Origin: Candidatus Amesbacteria bacterium GW2011_GWA1_47_20
GTDB lineage: Bacteria > Patescibacteriota > Microgenomatia > CAZETR01 > Amesbacteraceae
Assembly (NCBI GenBank): GCA_001002405.1
Contig: LCOA01000012.1
Location: forward strand, 1 to 48,378
DNA length: 48,378 nt
Direction of reading: 5' to 3'
In this document: positions 1-7,925 of the stretch, piece after piece
Layout of the letters: each line of letters begins with the position of its first letter
Numbering within the stretch: position 1 is the first letter of the stretch
Notes under the pieces: model-generated
What the model was told of the DNA's origin: nothing
Database searches by the model: none
What the model saw: only the letters and a program-made list of their open reading frames with translations
Made by a program: the position numbers and the translations under genes

Positions 1-492
1 ACAGTGCATGCTTACACCGACGATCAAGTAGTCCAGGACGGGTCACACAAAGATCTAAGAAGAGCCAGAGCGGCGGCAGCCAACATTGTGCCCACTTCTA
101 CCGGAGCGGCCATTGCCACGACGGAAGTAATACCGGAATTAAAGGGACTGTTTGATGGCATCTCTTTACGCGTTCCAGTGTTGACAGGATCAATTTCGGA
201 TTTTGTGTTTGTAACAGCTAAACCAGTAACGCGGGAAGAAGTAAATCAGGCGTTTGTGGAGGCGAGCCAAACGCCGAAATATTCAGGGATCTTGGGGGTC
301 TCGGGGATGTCAGGGGTGTCGGAGCATTTGGTGAGCTCGGATATTATCGGAAGTAGCTATAGCGCCATTATTGATCCGGAGTTTACCCAGGTAATTGATG
401 GAGATTTGGTAAAAATGCTGGCCTGGTATGACAACGAATGGGGATATGCTAACCGGTTGGTAGAACAGACGATTATATTTGGAAAGAGTTGA
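1..492 (+). CDS. gap: glyceraldehyde-3-phosphate dehydrogenase, C-terminal part (5' end outside window)
   Basis: ORF 4..492 is open to the window edge. AWYDNEWGYANRLVE is the conserved GAPDH C-terminus. Confidence 0.9.
   Translation, partial: TVHAYTDDQVVQDGSHKDLRRARAAAANIVPTSTGAAIATTEVIPELKGLFDGISLRVPVLTGSISDFVFVTAKPVTREEVNQAFVEASQTPKYSGILGVSGMSGVSEHLVSSDIIGSSYSAIIDPEFTQVIDGDLVKMLAWYDNEWGYANRLVEQTIIFGKS
286..321. repeat. in-frame 9-nt tandem repeat (GGGRTNTYR x4) inside gap
   Basis: GGGATCTTG GGGGTCTCG GGGATGTCA GGGGTGTCG encodes GIL GVS GMS GVS. Confidence 0.7.
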
Positions 493-493
493 G

Positions 494-1057
494 ATGGAGA
501 TTATTCCAGCAATATTAACAAGTGATCCGCTGGAATTAGAGGTGCTGCTGCGGCGGATTAGGGATAGCAAGAAGTATTCCCGGGTGCAGGTGGATTTTGT
601 GGATGGGGAATATGCGGACAATAAGAGTATAACCCCACTTCGCATGAAGCTAGGTTGGGGGCAGGGGCTTAAGTTTGATGCGCATTTGATGGTGGTGCAG
701 AAAAATTTGGATGATTATGTAAAAAACCTATTCGGTTTTGACAGAGTAATTGTGCAGATGGAAAGTGTGTCGCGGCCGGAGGATTTTGATTGTCTGGCGC
801 TGGATGTGCATTCGCCAGTGGCGGCCATCGAACCATACCTACCGAGCCTGAAGTTGGTTAACTTAATGGCTATAGAGCCGGGGCGTGGAGGGCAGGAGTT
901 TAGTGATGAAGTGATGGAGAAGGTTAAGAAGTTAAGGAGATATGAGTATAGGCTTTGTGTGGATGGGGGAGTGGAGCAGGAACACTTGCCGGTTTTGGAA
1001 AAAATGGGGGTGGATGAGGTAGCGGTGGGTGCGAAGCGGGTGCTAGAATGGATTTAA
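494..1057 (+). CDS. rpe: ribulose-phosphate 3-epimerase family protein
   Basis: ATG lies 2 nt after the gap stop. DFVDG, HLMV, MAIEPGRGGQEF and VDGGV blocks fit the Rpe barrel pattern. Confidence 0.65.
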   Translation: MEIIPAILTSDPLELEVLLRRIRDSKKYSRVQVDFVDGEYADNKSITPLRMKLGWGQGLKFDAHLMVVQKNLDDYVKNLFGFDRVIVQMESVSRPEDFDCLALDVHSPVAAIEPYLPSLKLVNLMAIEPGRGGQEFSDEVMEKVKKLRRYEYRLCVDGGVEQEHLPVLEKMGVDEVAVGAKRVLEWI

Positions 1058-1677
1058 TGCCCAATGAAGTAACGAAAAAGATAAAAACGGTGGCGTGCTT
1101 GGGTTTTGCAGACGCCACTCCCGAAGACCCGTTATTTAAAGAGGCGTATGGGGTGGGTATGGCGCTGGCCAAAGCCGGGTATGTGGTAGCCAACGGGGGA
1201 GGACCGGGGGTGATGCGGGCTACCAGCGAGGGGGCCAAGGCTGGCGGAGGGCATGTGGTGGGAGTGACTTTTTATCCAAAAGATGTGGCTAATTTTGAAG
1301 GCAAGGATAAAAACAATCCTATTGACGAGGAAATAAAGGCTAATAATTATTTGGAAAGAACATTGAAACTTCTGGACGTGAGCCAGGCGTATGTGATTTT
1401 TAAAGGAGGGACGGGGACGATCTCGGAATTTGGGATGGCGTGGGGATTGGCCCGACTGTATTTCGGGCACCACAAACCATTAATTTTGTATGGCAAGTTC
1501 TGGGAGAATATCATGGCCACATTTTTGTCCAACATGCGCATGCGGCCGGAAGAATTCCAGGTATACCGGGTGGTGGAAACGCCGGAAGAGGTGGTAAAAA
1601 ACCTGGAGATTTTTGAATATATGCTGGAACACGAGCCGCACGTTTTTAACCCAGCCGAAAAACCATTCCAAGTATGA
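1048..1677 (+). CDS. LOG family / TIGR00730 Rossmann-fold protein
   Basis: GGGPGVMRA and KGGTGTISEF (PGGxGTxxE-type) motifs. Confidence 0.8.
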   Translation: MDLMPNEVTKKIKTVACLGFADATPEDPLFKEAYGVGMALAKAGYVVANGGGPGVMRATSEGAKAGGGHVVGVTFYPKDVANFEGKDKNNPIDEEIKANNYLERTLKLLDVSQAYVIFKGGTGTISEFGMAWGLARLYFGHHKPLILYGKFWENIMATFLSNMRMRPEEFQVYRVVETPEEVVKNLEIFEYMLEHEPHVFNPAEKPFQV

Positions 1678-2415
1678 TTTCTGATGATCAAATAAAAAAT
1701 TTAGAATGCTGCTGGAGGCAGGAAGTGGACACAGCGCGGGGCCGTTGGGGATGGCGGATGTGTTTACGGCTTTGTATTTCGGAGGAGTATTAAATTACGA
1801 TCCAAAAGATCCTTGGAAAAAAGACAGAGACAGAGTAATTCTCTCTAACGGACATATTTGTCCGGTGTGGTATGCAACACTAGCACACGCGGGATTTTTC
1901 CCTCATGAGCAACTTGTAACTTTGAGAAAATTGGGGTCAGGACTTCAGGGGCACCCGCACTACCGGGAACTGCCGGGAGTGGAAAACACCGGCGGACCGT
2001 TAGGCCAAGGATCGTCCCAAGCGATAGGACACGCTCTGGCGGCCCGCATAGACGGAGCCAGTTGGCACACATATTGCCTGATGAGTGATGGAGAATTGGA
2101 TGAGGGACAAACGTGGGAGGCGATCATGCTGGCCGGAAAAAACAACTTGCATAATCTGACGGCCATCGTGGACCGGAACAATATTCAGATAGATGGGTTT
2201 ACGGAAGACATCATGCCTCTGGAAAACCTGGTTGATAAATGGACGGCGTTTAACTGGTCGGTGATTGAAATAAACGGCCACAATATTCCCGAAATATGGA
2301 TTTTATGCAATGGAAATCGGAGTGGCATGGCAAGCCGCCCAAGGCGGATGAAGCCAAAAACGCGTTACATCAGTTGCGCACGCTAGGCGGCAGAATTCGT
2401 GCGGAGCATGAATAA
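1674..2415 (+). pseudogene. tkt: transketolase N-terminal (TPP-binding) subunit with the reading frame broken twice
   Basis: Three frame segments. ATG 1674 (ATGA overlap with the upstream stop) gives MISDDQIKNLE. 1706..2386 gives MLLEAGSGHSAGPLG...INGHNIPEI. 2296..2415 gives MDFMQWKSEWHGKPPKADEAKNAL...*. Family-conserved stretches between the segments are absent. Confidence 0.6.
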
Positions 2416-2450
2416 ATTTCTAATTACTAATTTCTAATTTCTAAACAAAT
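2416..2450. repeat. heptamer tandem array (ATTTCTA-like, 5 units), intergenic
   Basis: ATTTCTA ATTACTA ATTTCTA ATTTCTA AACAAAT. Confidence 0.8.
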
Positions 2451-2454
2451 TCAA

Positions 2455-3441
2455 ATGACTAAATTTTTAAATCCTAAAATTTTTGATAAAGATGTGGAGC
2501 AAGTCCCCACCAGAAACGGGTATGGGGATGGGCTTTTGGAGTTAGGAGCTAGAGTTGGGGAGATAGTAGTTTTGACCGGAGACTTGAAGGAGAGCACTAG
2601 AGTAGAAGAGTTTGCTAAGAGATTCCCCGAGAGATTTATTGAGTGCGGGGTGGCGGAACAAAACATGATGGGGATTGCGGCGGGACTGGCTTCGGCCGGC
2701 AAGATTCCCTTCGTATCTTCATATGCGGTATTTTCTCCAGGTAGAAGCTGGGACCAATTGCGTGTTTCGGTGTGCTATTCGAATCTAAATGTGAATATTG
2801 TGGGAGCACACACTGGAGTATCAGTAGGTCCCGACGGGGCAACGCACCAAGCGCTGGAAGACATAGCCATAACTAGAGTGTTGCCAAATATGACGGTGGT
2901 GGTGCCATGTGATTACTGGGAAACGAAAAAGGCCACATTGGCGGCGGCTAGCAGACTGGGGCCGTATTACAGCCGGTTTACCCGGGAGAAAACGCCGGTG
3001 ATGACAACAGAGGAGACTCCGTTTGAAATTGGAAAAGCGGCAGTTTTTGCAGACTATGGTGACGATGCAGCGATTCTTGCTTGCGGGCCGCTGGTGTATC
3101 AATCGCTAGTGGCTGCAAAAGAGCTAGAAAAAGAGGGGATTAAGGTGAGGGTGATAAATAACCACACTATAAAACCCATGGATGTAACTACGGTGATGAA
3201 AGCGGCTAGGGATTGCGGAGCGATTGTGACGGTGGAAGAGCATCAGGTAATGGGGGGCATGGGATCGGCGGTGGCAGAGATTTTAGTTAAGAATTACCCG
3301 GTGCCAATGGAATTCATCGGCATGCCGGACGCCTTCGGCGAATCCGGCCAGCCCGAAGAGCTACTGGAAAAATATGGGATGAGTGTGAGGGAAATAAAAG
3401 AAGCGGTTAGAAATGTTATATTAAGGAAGCGGCCCTCCTAA
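2455..3441 (+). CDS. tkt: transketolase C-terminal (pyrimidine-binding) subunit
   Basis: 328 aa. ECGVAEQNMMGIAAGLA, GPDGATHQALEDIA and the C-terminal domain are typical of split transketolase. Confidence 0.9.
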   Translation: MTKFLNPKIFDKDVEQVPTRNGYGDGLLELGARVGEIVVLTGDLKESTRVEEFAKRFPERFIECGVAEQNMMGIAAGLASAGKIPFVSSYAVFSPGRSWDQLRVSVCYSNLNVNIVGAHTGVSVGPDGATHQALEDIAITRVLPNMTVVVPCDYWETKKATLAAASRLGPYYSRFTREKTPVMTTEETPFEIGKAAVFADYGDDAAILACGPLVYQSLVAAKELEKEGIKVRVINNHTIKPMDVTTVMKAARDCGAIVTVEEHQVMGGMGSAVAEILVKNYPVPMEFIGMPDAFGESGQPEELLEKYGMSVREIKEAVRNVILRKRPS

Positions 3442-3446
3442 CCTTA

Positions 3447-3494
3447 CCCCAAGTCTTTTCAGCACTGTTCGTGCACGACTTGGGGAGCGGTTTT
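3447..3494 (+). terminator. hairpin plus T-run after the transketolase genes
   Basis: CCCCAAGTC ... GACTTGGGG stem followed by AGCGGTTTT. Confidence 0.5.
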
Positions 3495-3521
3495 AGGCGG
3501 GTGAAAAAGGCGGTGATTTAG

Positions 3522-3758
3522 ATGGCGGTTAAGAAAACAACAAAGCTAATAAAGCAATGTGAAGCTTGTGGGTGTACTTGCAATGGCAAATGGGCGACTG
3601 CGGGATGGGCTTTACTGTTAGTGGGGGGGCTATCTCACATGTTGCCTACACAAATGGCGCCAGTTTTGTCCTGGTCCCTATATGGAGTATCGGTACAGAT
3701 GGCAGTTGGAGTAGTGTCAGTAGTGACTGCTCTGTATTTCCTACTAGGAAATGAGTAA
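3522..3758 (+). CDS. small hypothetical membrane protein
   Basis: 78-aa ORF with two hydrophobic segments. No recognisable family. Confidence 0.4.
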   Translation: MAVKKTTKLIKQCEACGCTCNGKWATAGWALLLVGGLSHMLPTQMAPVLSWSLYGVSVQMAVGVVSVVTALYFLLGNE

Positions 3759-3767
3759 ACTAGAGTT

Positions 3768-4748
3768 ATGAAGTACGACATGCTGTCACTTGGGCCGGCC
3801 AGGATGGATGTGTTTGTAAAACTGCCGGATGTGGATGTGGAGGAGGTGTGCAGCATTGACCGGAAAAGGTGCGTGATTGAGCTGGGATTCGGGGAAAAAA
3901 TCGGAGTGAGAGGAATTGATTTCGGTATAGGGGGAAATACGGGGAACAATGCCGTGGGGCTGACGAGACTGGGCTACAATGTGGCCATGAGCGGAAATAT
4001 GGGGGACAGCTGGACAGATAGGCAAGCTCTGGAAATATTAAAAAATGAGGGGGTGGACACCCAGTACATTAATATTGTCCCCGGGAAAAGCGGGTTTGGG
4101 GTGATTATTAATTATCAGGAAGAAAGAACTATCCTGTCGTACTATCCTGTGGCGGCTGACGGGTTTAAGGTGGGTGATGAGGTGAAAAGCGAGTGGATGT
4201 ATCTGACAACTGCCGGAGAAGATTTTGAACAGTTTTACCGGGAGGCGGTGGAGTGGGCGGTGAGAAACAACGCAAAAATCGCTTTTAATCCCGGGTCGCG
4301 GCAAATCAAACTGGGGGTGGAGAAACTGCTGCCGGCTTACAAAAACGCCTGGGTGTTGTTTGTAAACCGGGAAGAAGCGGCGAAACTTTTGGGGTTGGAG
4401 GTGACAGACGTTAAAGCCCTGCTGGTGGGTTTGCAGAAACTGGGACCGAAGATTGCGGTGATCACGGATGGGCCGGCGGGGACATATGCCTATGATGGGC
4501 AGAAGTTTTGGCACATGCCGATTGTGGAGGCGCCAGTAGTGGAAAGAACGGGAGCGGGGGATGCTTTCGGGTCGGGATTTTTGGGGGCGTATATGCAGGG
4601 TAAAGCCCTGGACGAATGCCTGAAGTGGGGGACGGTTAATTCCGCTTCAGTCTTGGGTTACGTCGGCTCTCAAGCCGGACTTTTGACTTCGGACAAAATG
4701 CAGGAGTGGTTGGTAAAGGTTTCAACAGTGGTGCCTGTGGAGATTTAG
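3768..4748 (+). CDS. PfkB-family carbohydrate kinase (ribokinase-like)
   Basis: GIGGNTGNNAVGL near the N-terminus and TGAGDAFGSGFL near the C-terminus. Confidence 0.85.
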   Translation: MKYDMLSLGPARMDVFVKLPDVDVEEVCSIDRKRCVIELGFGEKIGVRGIDFGIGGNTGNNAVGLTRLGYNVAMSGNMGDSWTDRQALEILKNEGVDTQYINIVPGKSGFGVIINYQEERTILSYYPVAADGFKVGDEVKSEWMYLTTAGEDFEQFYREAVEWAVRNNAKIAFNPGSRQIKLGVEKLLPAYKNAWVLFVNREEAAKLLGLEVTDVKALLVGLQKLGPKIAVITDGPAGTYAYDGQKFWHMPIVEAPVVERTGAGDAFGSGFLGAYMQGKALDECLKWGTVNSASVLGYVGSQAGLLTSDKMQEWLVKVSTVVPVEI

Positions 4749-4796
4749 GAAGGTTTGGATTGTTGGGTTTTGAAGGCATTTGTTAAGGCGAGCCTA

Positions 4797-4825
4797 TTGA
4801 CATAACTACATCATGATGATATGAT
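4797..4825 (+). promoter_or_regulatory. sigma70-like promoter of the antitoxin/PIN pair
   Basis: TTGACA, 17 nt, TATGAT. The spacer contains the palindrome CATCATGATG. Confidence 0.55.
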
Positions 4826-4833
4826 GCGAGGAT

Positions 4834-5091
4834 ATGCAAATGATTAGAACGACTATACCTTTACCCGTGGATATACACCAGGAATGGAGGATGGAGGCGT
4901 TGTTGAAAAAGATGACATTGGGAGAATTAATCTTGGAGAAAACTGGGACGAAAAAGAAAAGGAGTTCAAAGATGGACGTTGATGGACAAATAAGGAAGGA
5001 TTTTGCATTCTTTGACAAAGTGGGCCGGTCTGGCTTGGCGATTGACGCGGTAGCTGCGGTGAGGGAAGATAGAAACAGAGACAATGCCTAA
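4834..5091 (+). CDS. putative antitoxin of the downstream PIN toxin
   Basis: 85-aa ORF overlapping the PIN gene start by 8 nt. Assigned by position only. Confidence 0.5.
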   Translation: MQMIRTTIPLPVDIHQEWRMEALLKKMTLGELILEKTGTKKKRSSKMDVDGQIRKDFAFFDKVGRSGLAIDAVAAVREDRNRDNA

Positions 5092-5509
5092 AAGAATTGT
5101 AATTGATACTAGCGTGGTTTTGAAATGGGTTCCTTCGTCGGGAGAGAATGGGGTGGACGAAGCTAGGGAGATTTATCGGAAGATGAAGCTGGGACAACTG
5201 GAGCTTCTGGCTCCGGTGTATTTGTTGGTGGAGTGTTTGAATATATTGGTTTTTAAGAAAAAGTTGCAGCTAGGTGAAGCTATAGAGACGGTAGATAGGT
5301 TTAGAAAAAGCGGGATTGATTTTGTGGAATTAAAAGTGGCGGGGATAGATCAGTTGTGCAGATTGGTGAAAAAATACAATATTTCTCCGTACGATGCTCA
5401 GTTTTTAGTGGTGGCGAATAACTGCGATTGCCAATTGGTGACGGCTGACAGAAAGTTTGTAGAGAAATGTAAGTTAGCGACGAGCCTAGTTGATTTTTCC
5501 GAACAATGA
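5084..5509 (+). CDS. vapC: PIN-domain ribonuclease toxin (VapC-like)
   Basis: The N-terminal IVIDTSVVLKW acidic motif and a 141-aa size are typical of PIN proteins. Confidence 0.85.
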   Translation: MPKRIVIDTSVVLKWVPSSGENGVDEAREIYRKMKLGQLELLAPVYLLVECLNILVFKKKLQLGEAIETVDRFRKSGIDFVELKVAGIDQLCRLVKKYNISPYDAQFLVVANNCDCQLVTADRKFVEKCKLATSLVDFSEQ

Positions 5510-5556
5510 AGATTTTAGTGACCAAGAAAATTCCATTTTGGGAAGAGATTAAGAAA
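5506..5556 (+). pseudogene. orphan duplicate of the 5' end of the downstream 2-hydroxyacid dehydrogenase gene
   Basis: ATGA overlap with the vapC stop. It encodes MKILVTKKIPFWEEIKK, against MAKIFVTKKIPFWEEIKK at 6018. 5521-5556 and 6036-6071 match at 33 of 36 nt. Confidence 0.65.
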
Positions 5557-5571
5557 AGAAGTGTCTGGGCT

Positions 5572-5592
5572 GTTCCACCTCTTAGGTGGAAC
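5572..5592. repeat. GTTCCACCT-CTT-AGGTGGAAC palindrome (family copy a)
   Basis: Perfect 9-bp arms with a 3-nt loop. Confidence 0.9.
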
Positions 5593-5613
5593 GGTCTTTG
5601 GCTAAGTTTGCTT

Positions 5614-5847
5614 CTATGGTGCCAAGGGAGTCTTAGGTTGTAATCGTTCTGTTCTAATTCTATGAGCCTCAAGGATCGCCTGATTCTTAGACAGAGTGGG
5701 AGCGATGGGAATGACTTCCCTTTTATGCTTACTCCAATCGCCTGTCATTAGAGCTTCTTCCCAACCCGTTTCGTACACTACCTCAGTGTATGGTTCTACC
5801 GTTACACACCGTTTGCCTGCTTTGTCGAAAATTTCTACATCTGCCAT
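5614..5847 (-). CDS. hypothetical protein inside the inserted segment
   Basis: 77-aa ORF with no recognisable motif. Confidence 0.3.
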   Translation of the reverse strand: MADVEIFDKAGKRCVTVEPYTEVVYETGWEEALMTGDWSKHKREVIPIAPTLSKNQAILEAHRIRTERLQPKTPLAP

Positions 5848-5927
5848 ACTGTGGTGGATTGTACTCTTTTGATCGGGTAAGTCATGGGGCGTTTAACCTG
5901 ACGGGACGTTTGCGACAAAGCCCATAA

Positions 5928-5963
5928 ATTTCGCCAAAACTACGATCGTAGAGTTGGCGAAAT
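5928..5963. promoter_or_regulatory. 36-nt near-perfect palindrome (possible operator)
   Basis: ATTTCGCCAA AACTACGATCGTAGAG TTGGCGAAAT. Confidence 0.4.
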
Positions 5964-6017
5964 AAATCACATATCAGAGTTGTGTCCTTTTTTGTCAATT
6001 GTGGTAGATTTAAGTTA

Positions 6018-6935
6018 ATGGCAAAGATATTTGTAACCAAAAAAATTCCGTTTTGGGAGGAGATTAAGAAACCACTGGTTGATGCCGGGTATGAGCTGAT
6101 GGTGGGGGGAGATATAAAGCAAGAGTTGGAAAAGGGGTATGACGGATTGTTGTGTTTACTGACTGACAAAATCGATGGAGAAGTGCTGGCGGCGGATAAG
6201 AATAAAAGATTAAAAATAATTGCCAATTACGCGGTGGGTTTTGACAATGTTGCAGTTGAAGAATGTAAAGCCAGGAATATTATGGTGACCAATACGCCCT
6301 GCGACGAGGTAAATGAGAGCGTGGCAGAATTTACGTGGACATTAATGCTAGCTTTGTCTAATCAACTGCTGCCGGCGGCGGCTTTTGCGAAAAATGCGGC
6401 GTATAAAGGCTGGGAACCGGACATATTCCTGGGGCAGCTTCTTAAAGGGAAAACTTTGGGGGTTATCGGAACGGGAAGAATCGGGGGGTTGGTGCAGACC
6501 AGAGCAGAGGCCTTTAGGATGAAAGTGCTGGGGTATAGCCGAAGCAGCGGGTTGAAACTGGAAGACGTGCTGGGTCAATCTGATTACGTAAGCCTGCATG
6601 TGCCACTGACTCCAGAAACTACACATCTGATGAACGAAACTACTTTTGCCCAAATGAAACAAGGATCATATCTGGTTAACACTGCACGAGGTCCGGTGGT
6701 TGATGAAGTGGCACTGGTGTACGCGTTGAAAACCGGAAAAATCGGGGGAGCGGCGTTGGATGTATGGGAAAACGAACCTGACCCTCGGCCAGAACTACTA
6801 GAAATGGAAAATGTGATTCTGACCCCACATATTGCTTCGGCTACCATGGAGGCGAGGACGGCGATGGGAAAGACGGCGGTAACAAACTTGGTGGAAGGTT
6901 TGGCTGGAAGGACGCCCCCCAACTTAGTAAAATGA
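6018..6935 (+). CDS. D-isomer-specific 2-hydroxyacid dehydrogenase (glyoxylate/hydroxypyruvate reductase-like)
   Basis: GVIGTGRIGG NAD-binding loop plus the NTARG and LTPHIAS blocks. ATG 6018 is preferred over the TTG at 5982. Confidence 0.9.
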   Translation: MAKIFVTKKIPFWEEIKKPLVDAGYELMVGGDIKQELEKGYDGLLCLLTDKIDGEVLAADKNKRLKIIANYAVGFDNVAVEECKARNIMVTNTPCDEVNESVAEFTWTLMLALSNQLLPAAAFAKNAAYKGWEPDIFLGQLLKGKTLGVIGTGRIGGLVQTRAEAFRMKVLGYSRSSGLKLEDVLGQSDYVSLHVPLTPETTHLMNETTFAQMKQGSYLVNTARGPVVDEVALVYALKTGKIGGAALDVWENEPDPRPELLEMENVILTPHIASATMEARTAMGKTAVTNLVEGLAGRTPPNLVK

Positions 6936-6951
6936 GTGATTGCGTTCGGCT

Positions 6952-7875
6952 ATGACGGATTTAGTAAGACAGGTGAATTTGAAACGCATGCCGGTGAACA
7001 GAAAACTGATTGCGTGGGTGTTTGTGGTGACAGGAATAATCAGCGGGTGGTTGTGGTGGCGAGAGCAAAAACCTAAATTGGAACTGGAACCGTTGAAGAT
7101 CAGCTACCAAATCGAGAGAAAAGAAGTGGCGGGAGACAGGGATGTGTCGCGGGAAACCAGCAGGCTGGTGACGCAAATCCGGGGCAAATTAAATTCGGTC
7201 CAGGGGACGTGGGCGGTGGCGGTGTACAGATTGGATGAGAAGAAAGGGTATGGGGTGGGGGAGGAAAGGGTGCTGCCGGCGGCATCGATTATGAAAGTGC
7301 CCATAATGCTGGCGGCGGTAAAAAACCTGAATGTGGATGACATATATATGCTGCGGGACGCGGATAAACAGAGCGGGTCCGGGCCGATCGAGTTTATGGA
7401 TTCCGGGACTAAGCTTTCAGTAAAAGACCTAATAACTTATATGGCCAAAAACTCCGATAATACGGCTCCGGTAGTGCTGACGCGGATGGTGGGGAAAAAT
7501 GAGGTGATAGAAGAGATTAAGAGATTAAGTATGAAAGACACCGACTTTGAGGAGAATACGACGACGGCCAGGGATGTAGTGGCCATGTGGAAGAAAATAT
7601 ACGAAGAGAAGAATGAGCTAGTGCTGGATGTTTTGCAGGATAGTATTTATGAAGACCGGATTCCCTTGGGTTTACCTGACGGAATAAAACTTGTTCACAA
7701 AGTCGGATCTGGGGATGGGGTGTGGTCCGACGCGGGAGTTGTGATGGCCGAAAAACCATTTGTGCTGGTGATTATGAATGAGGGAGTGGAGATAGATGAA
7801 GCGAAAAAATTGGTGCCGGAGCTGACTAAACTCATCTGGGATTTTGAAGTAGGAAGAAGCGCAAAATTACAATAA
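6952..7875 (+). CDS. class A beta-lactamase-related serine hydrolase, membrane anchored
   Basis: SIMK (SxxK), SDN and KVG (KTG-like) motifs in the correct order, with an N-terminal TM segment. Confidence 0.75.
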   Translation: MTDLVRQVNLKRMPVNRKLIAWVFVVTGIISGWLWWREQKPKLELEPLKISYQIERKEVAGDRDVSRETSRLVTQIRGKLNSVQGTWAVAVYRLDEKKGYGVGEERVLPAASIMKVPIMLAAVKNLNVDDIYMLRDADKQSGSGPIEFMDSGTKLSVKDLITYMAKNSDNTAPVVLTRMVGKNEVIEEIKRLSMKDTDFEENTTTARDVVAMWKKIYEEKNELVLDVLQDSIYEDRIPLGLPDGIKLVHKVGSGDGVWSDAGVVMAEKPFVLVIMNEGVEIDEAKKLVPELTKLIWDFEVGRSAKLQ

Positions 7876-7925
7876 CGGCCACTGTTGCGGAAAGAAAAGC
7901 TATTAGAATAAGCGTGTTGCGATAG

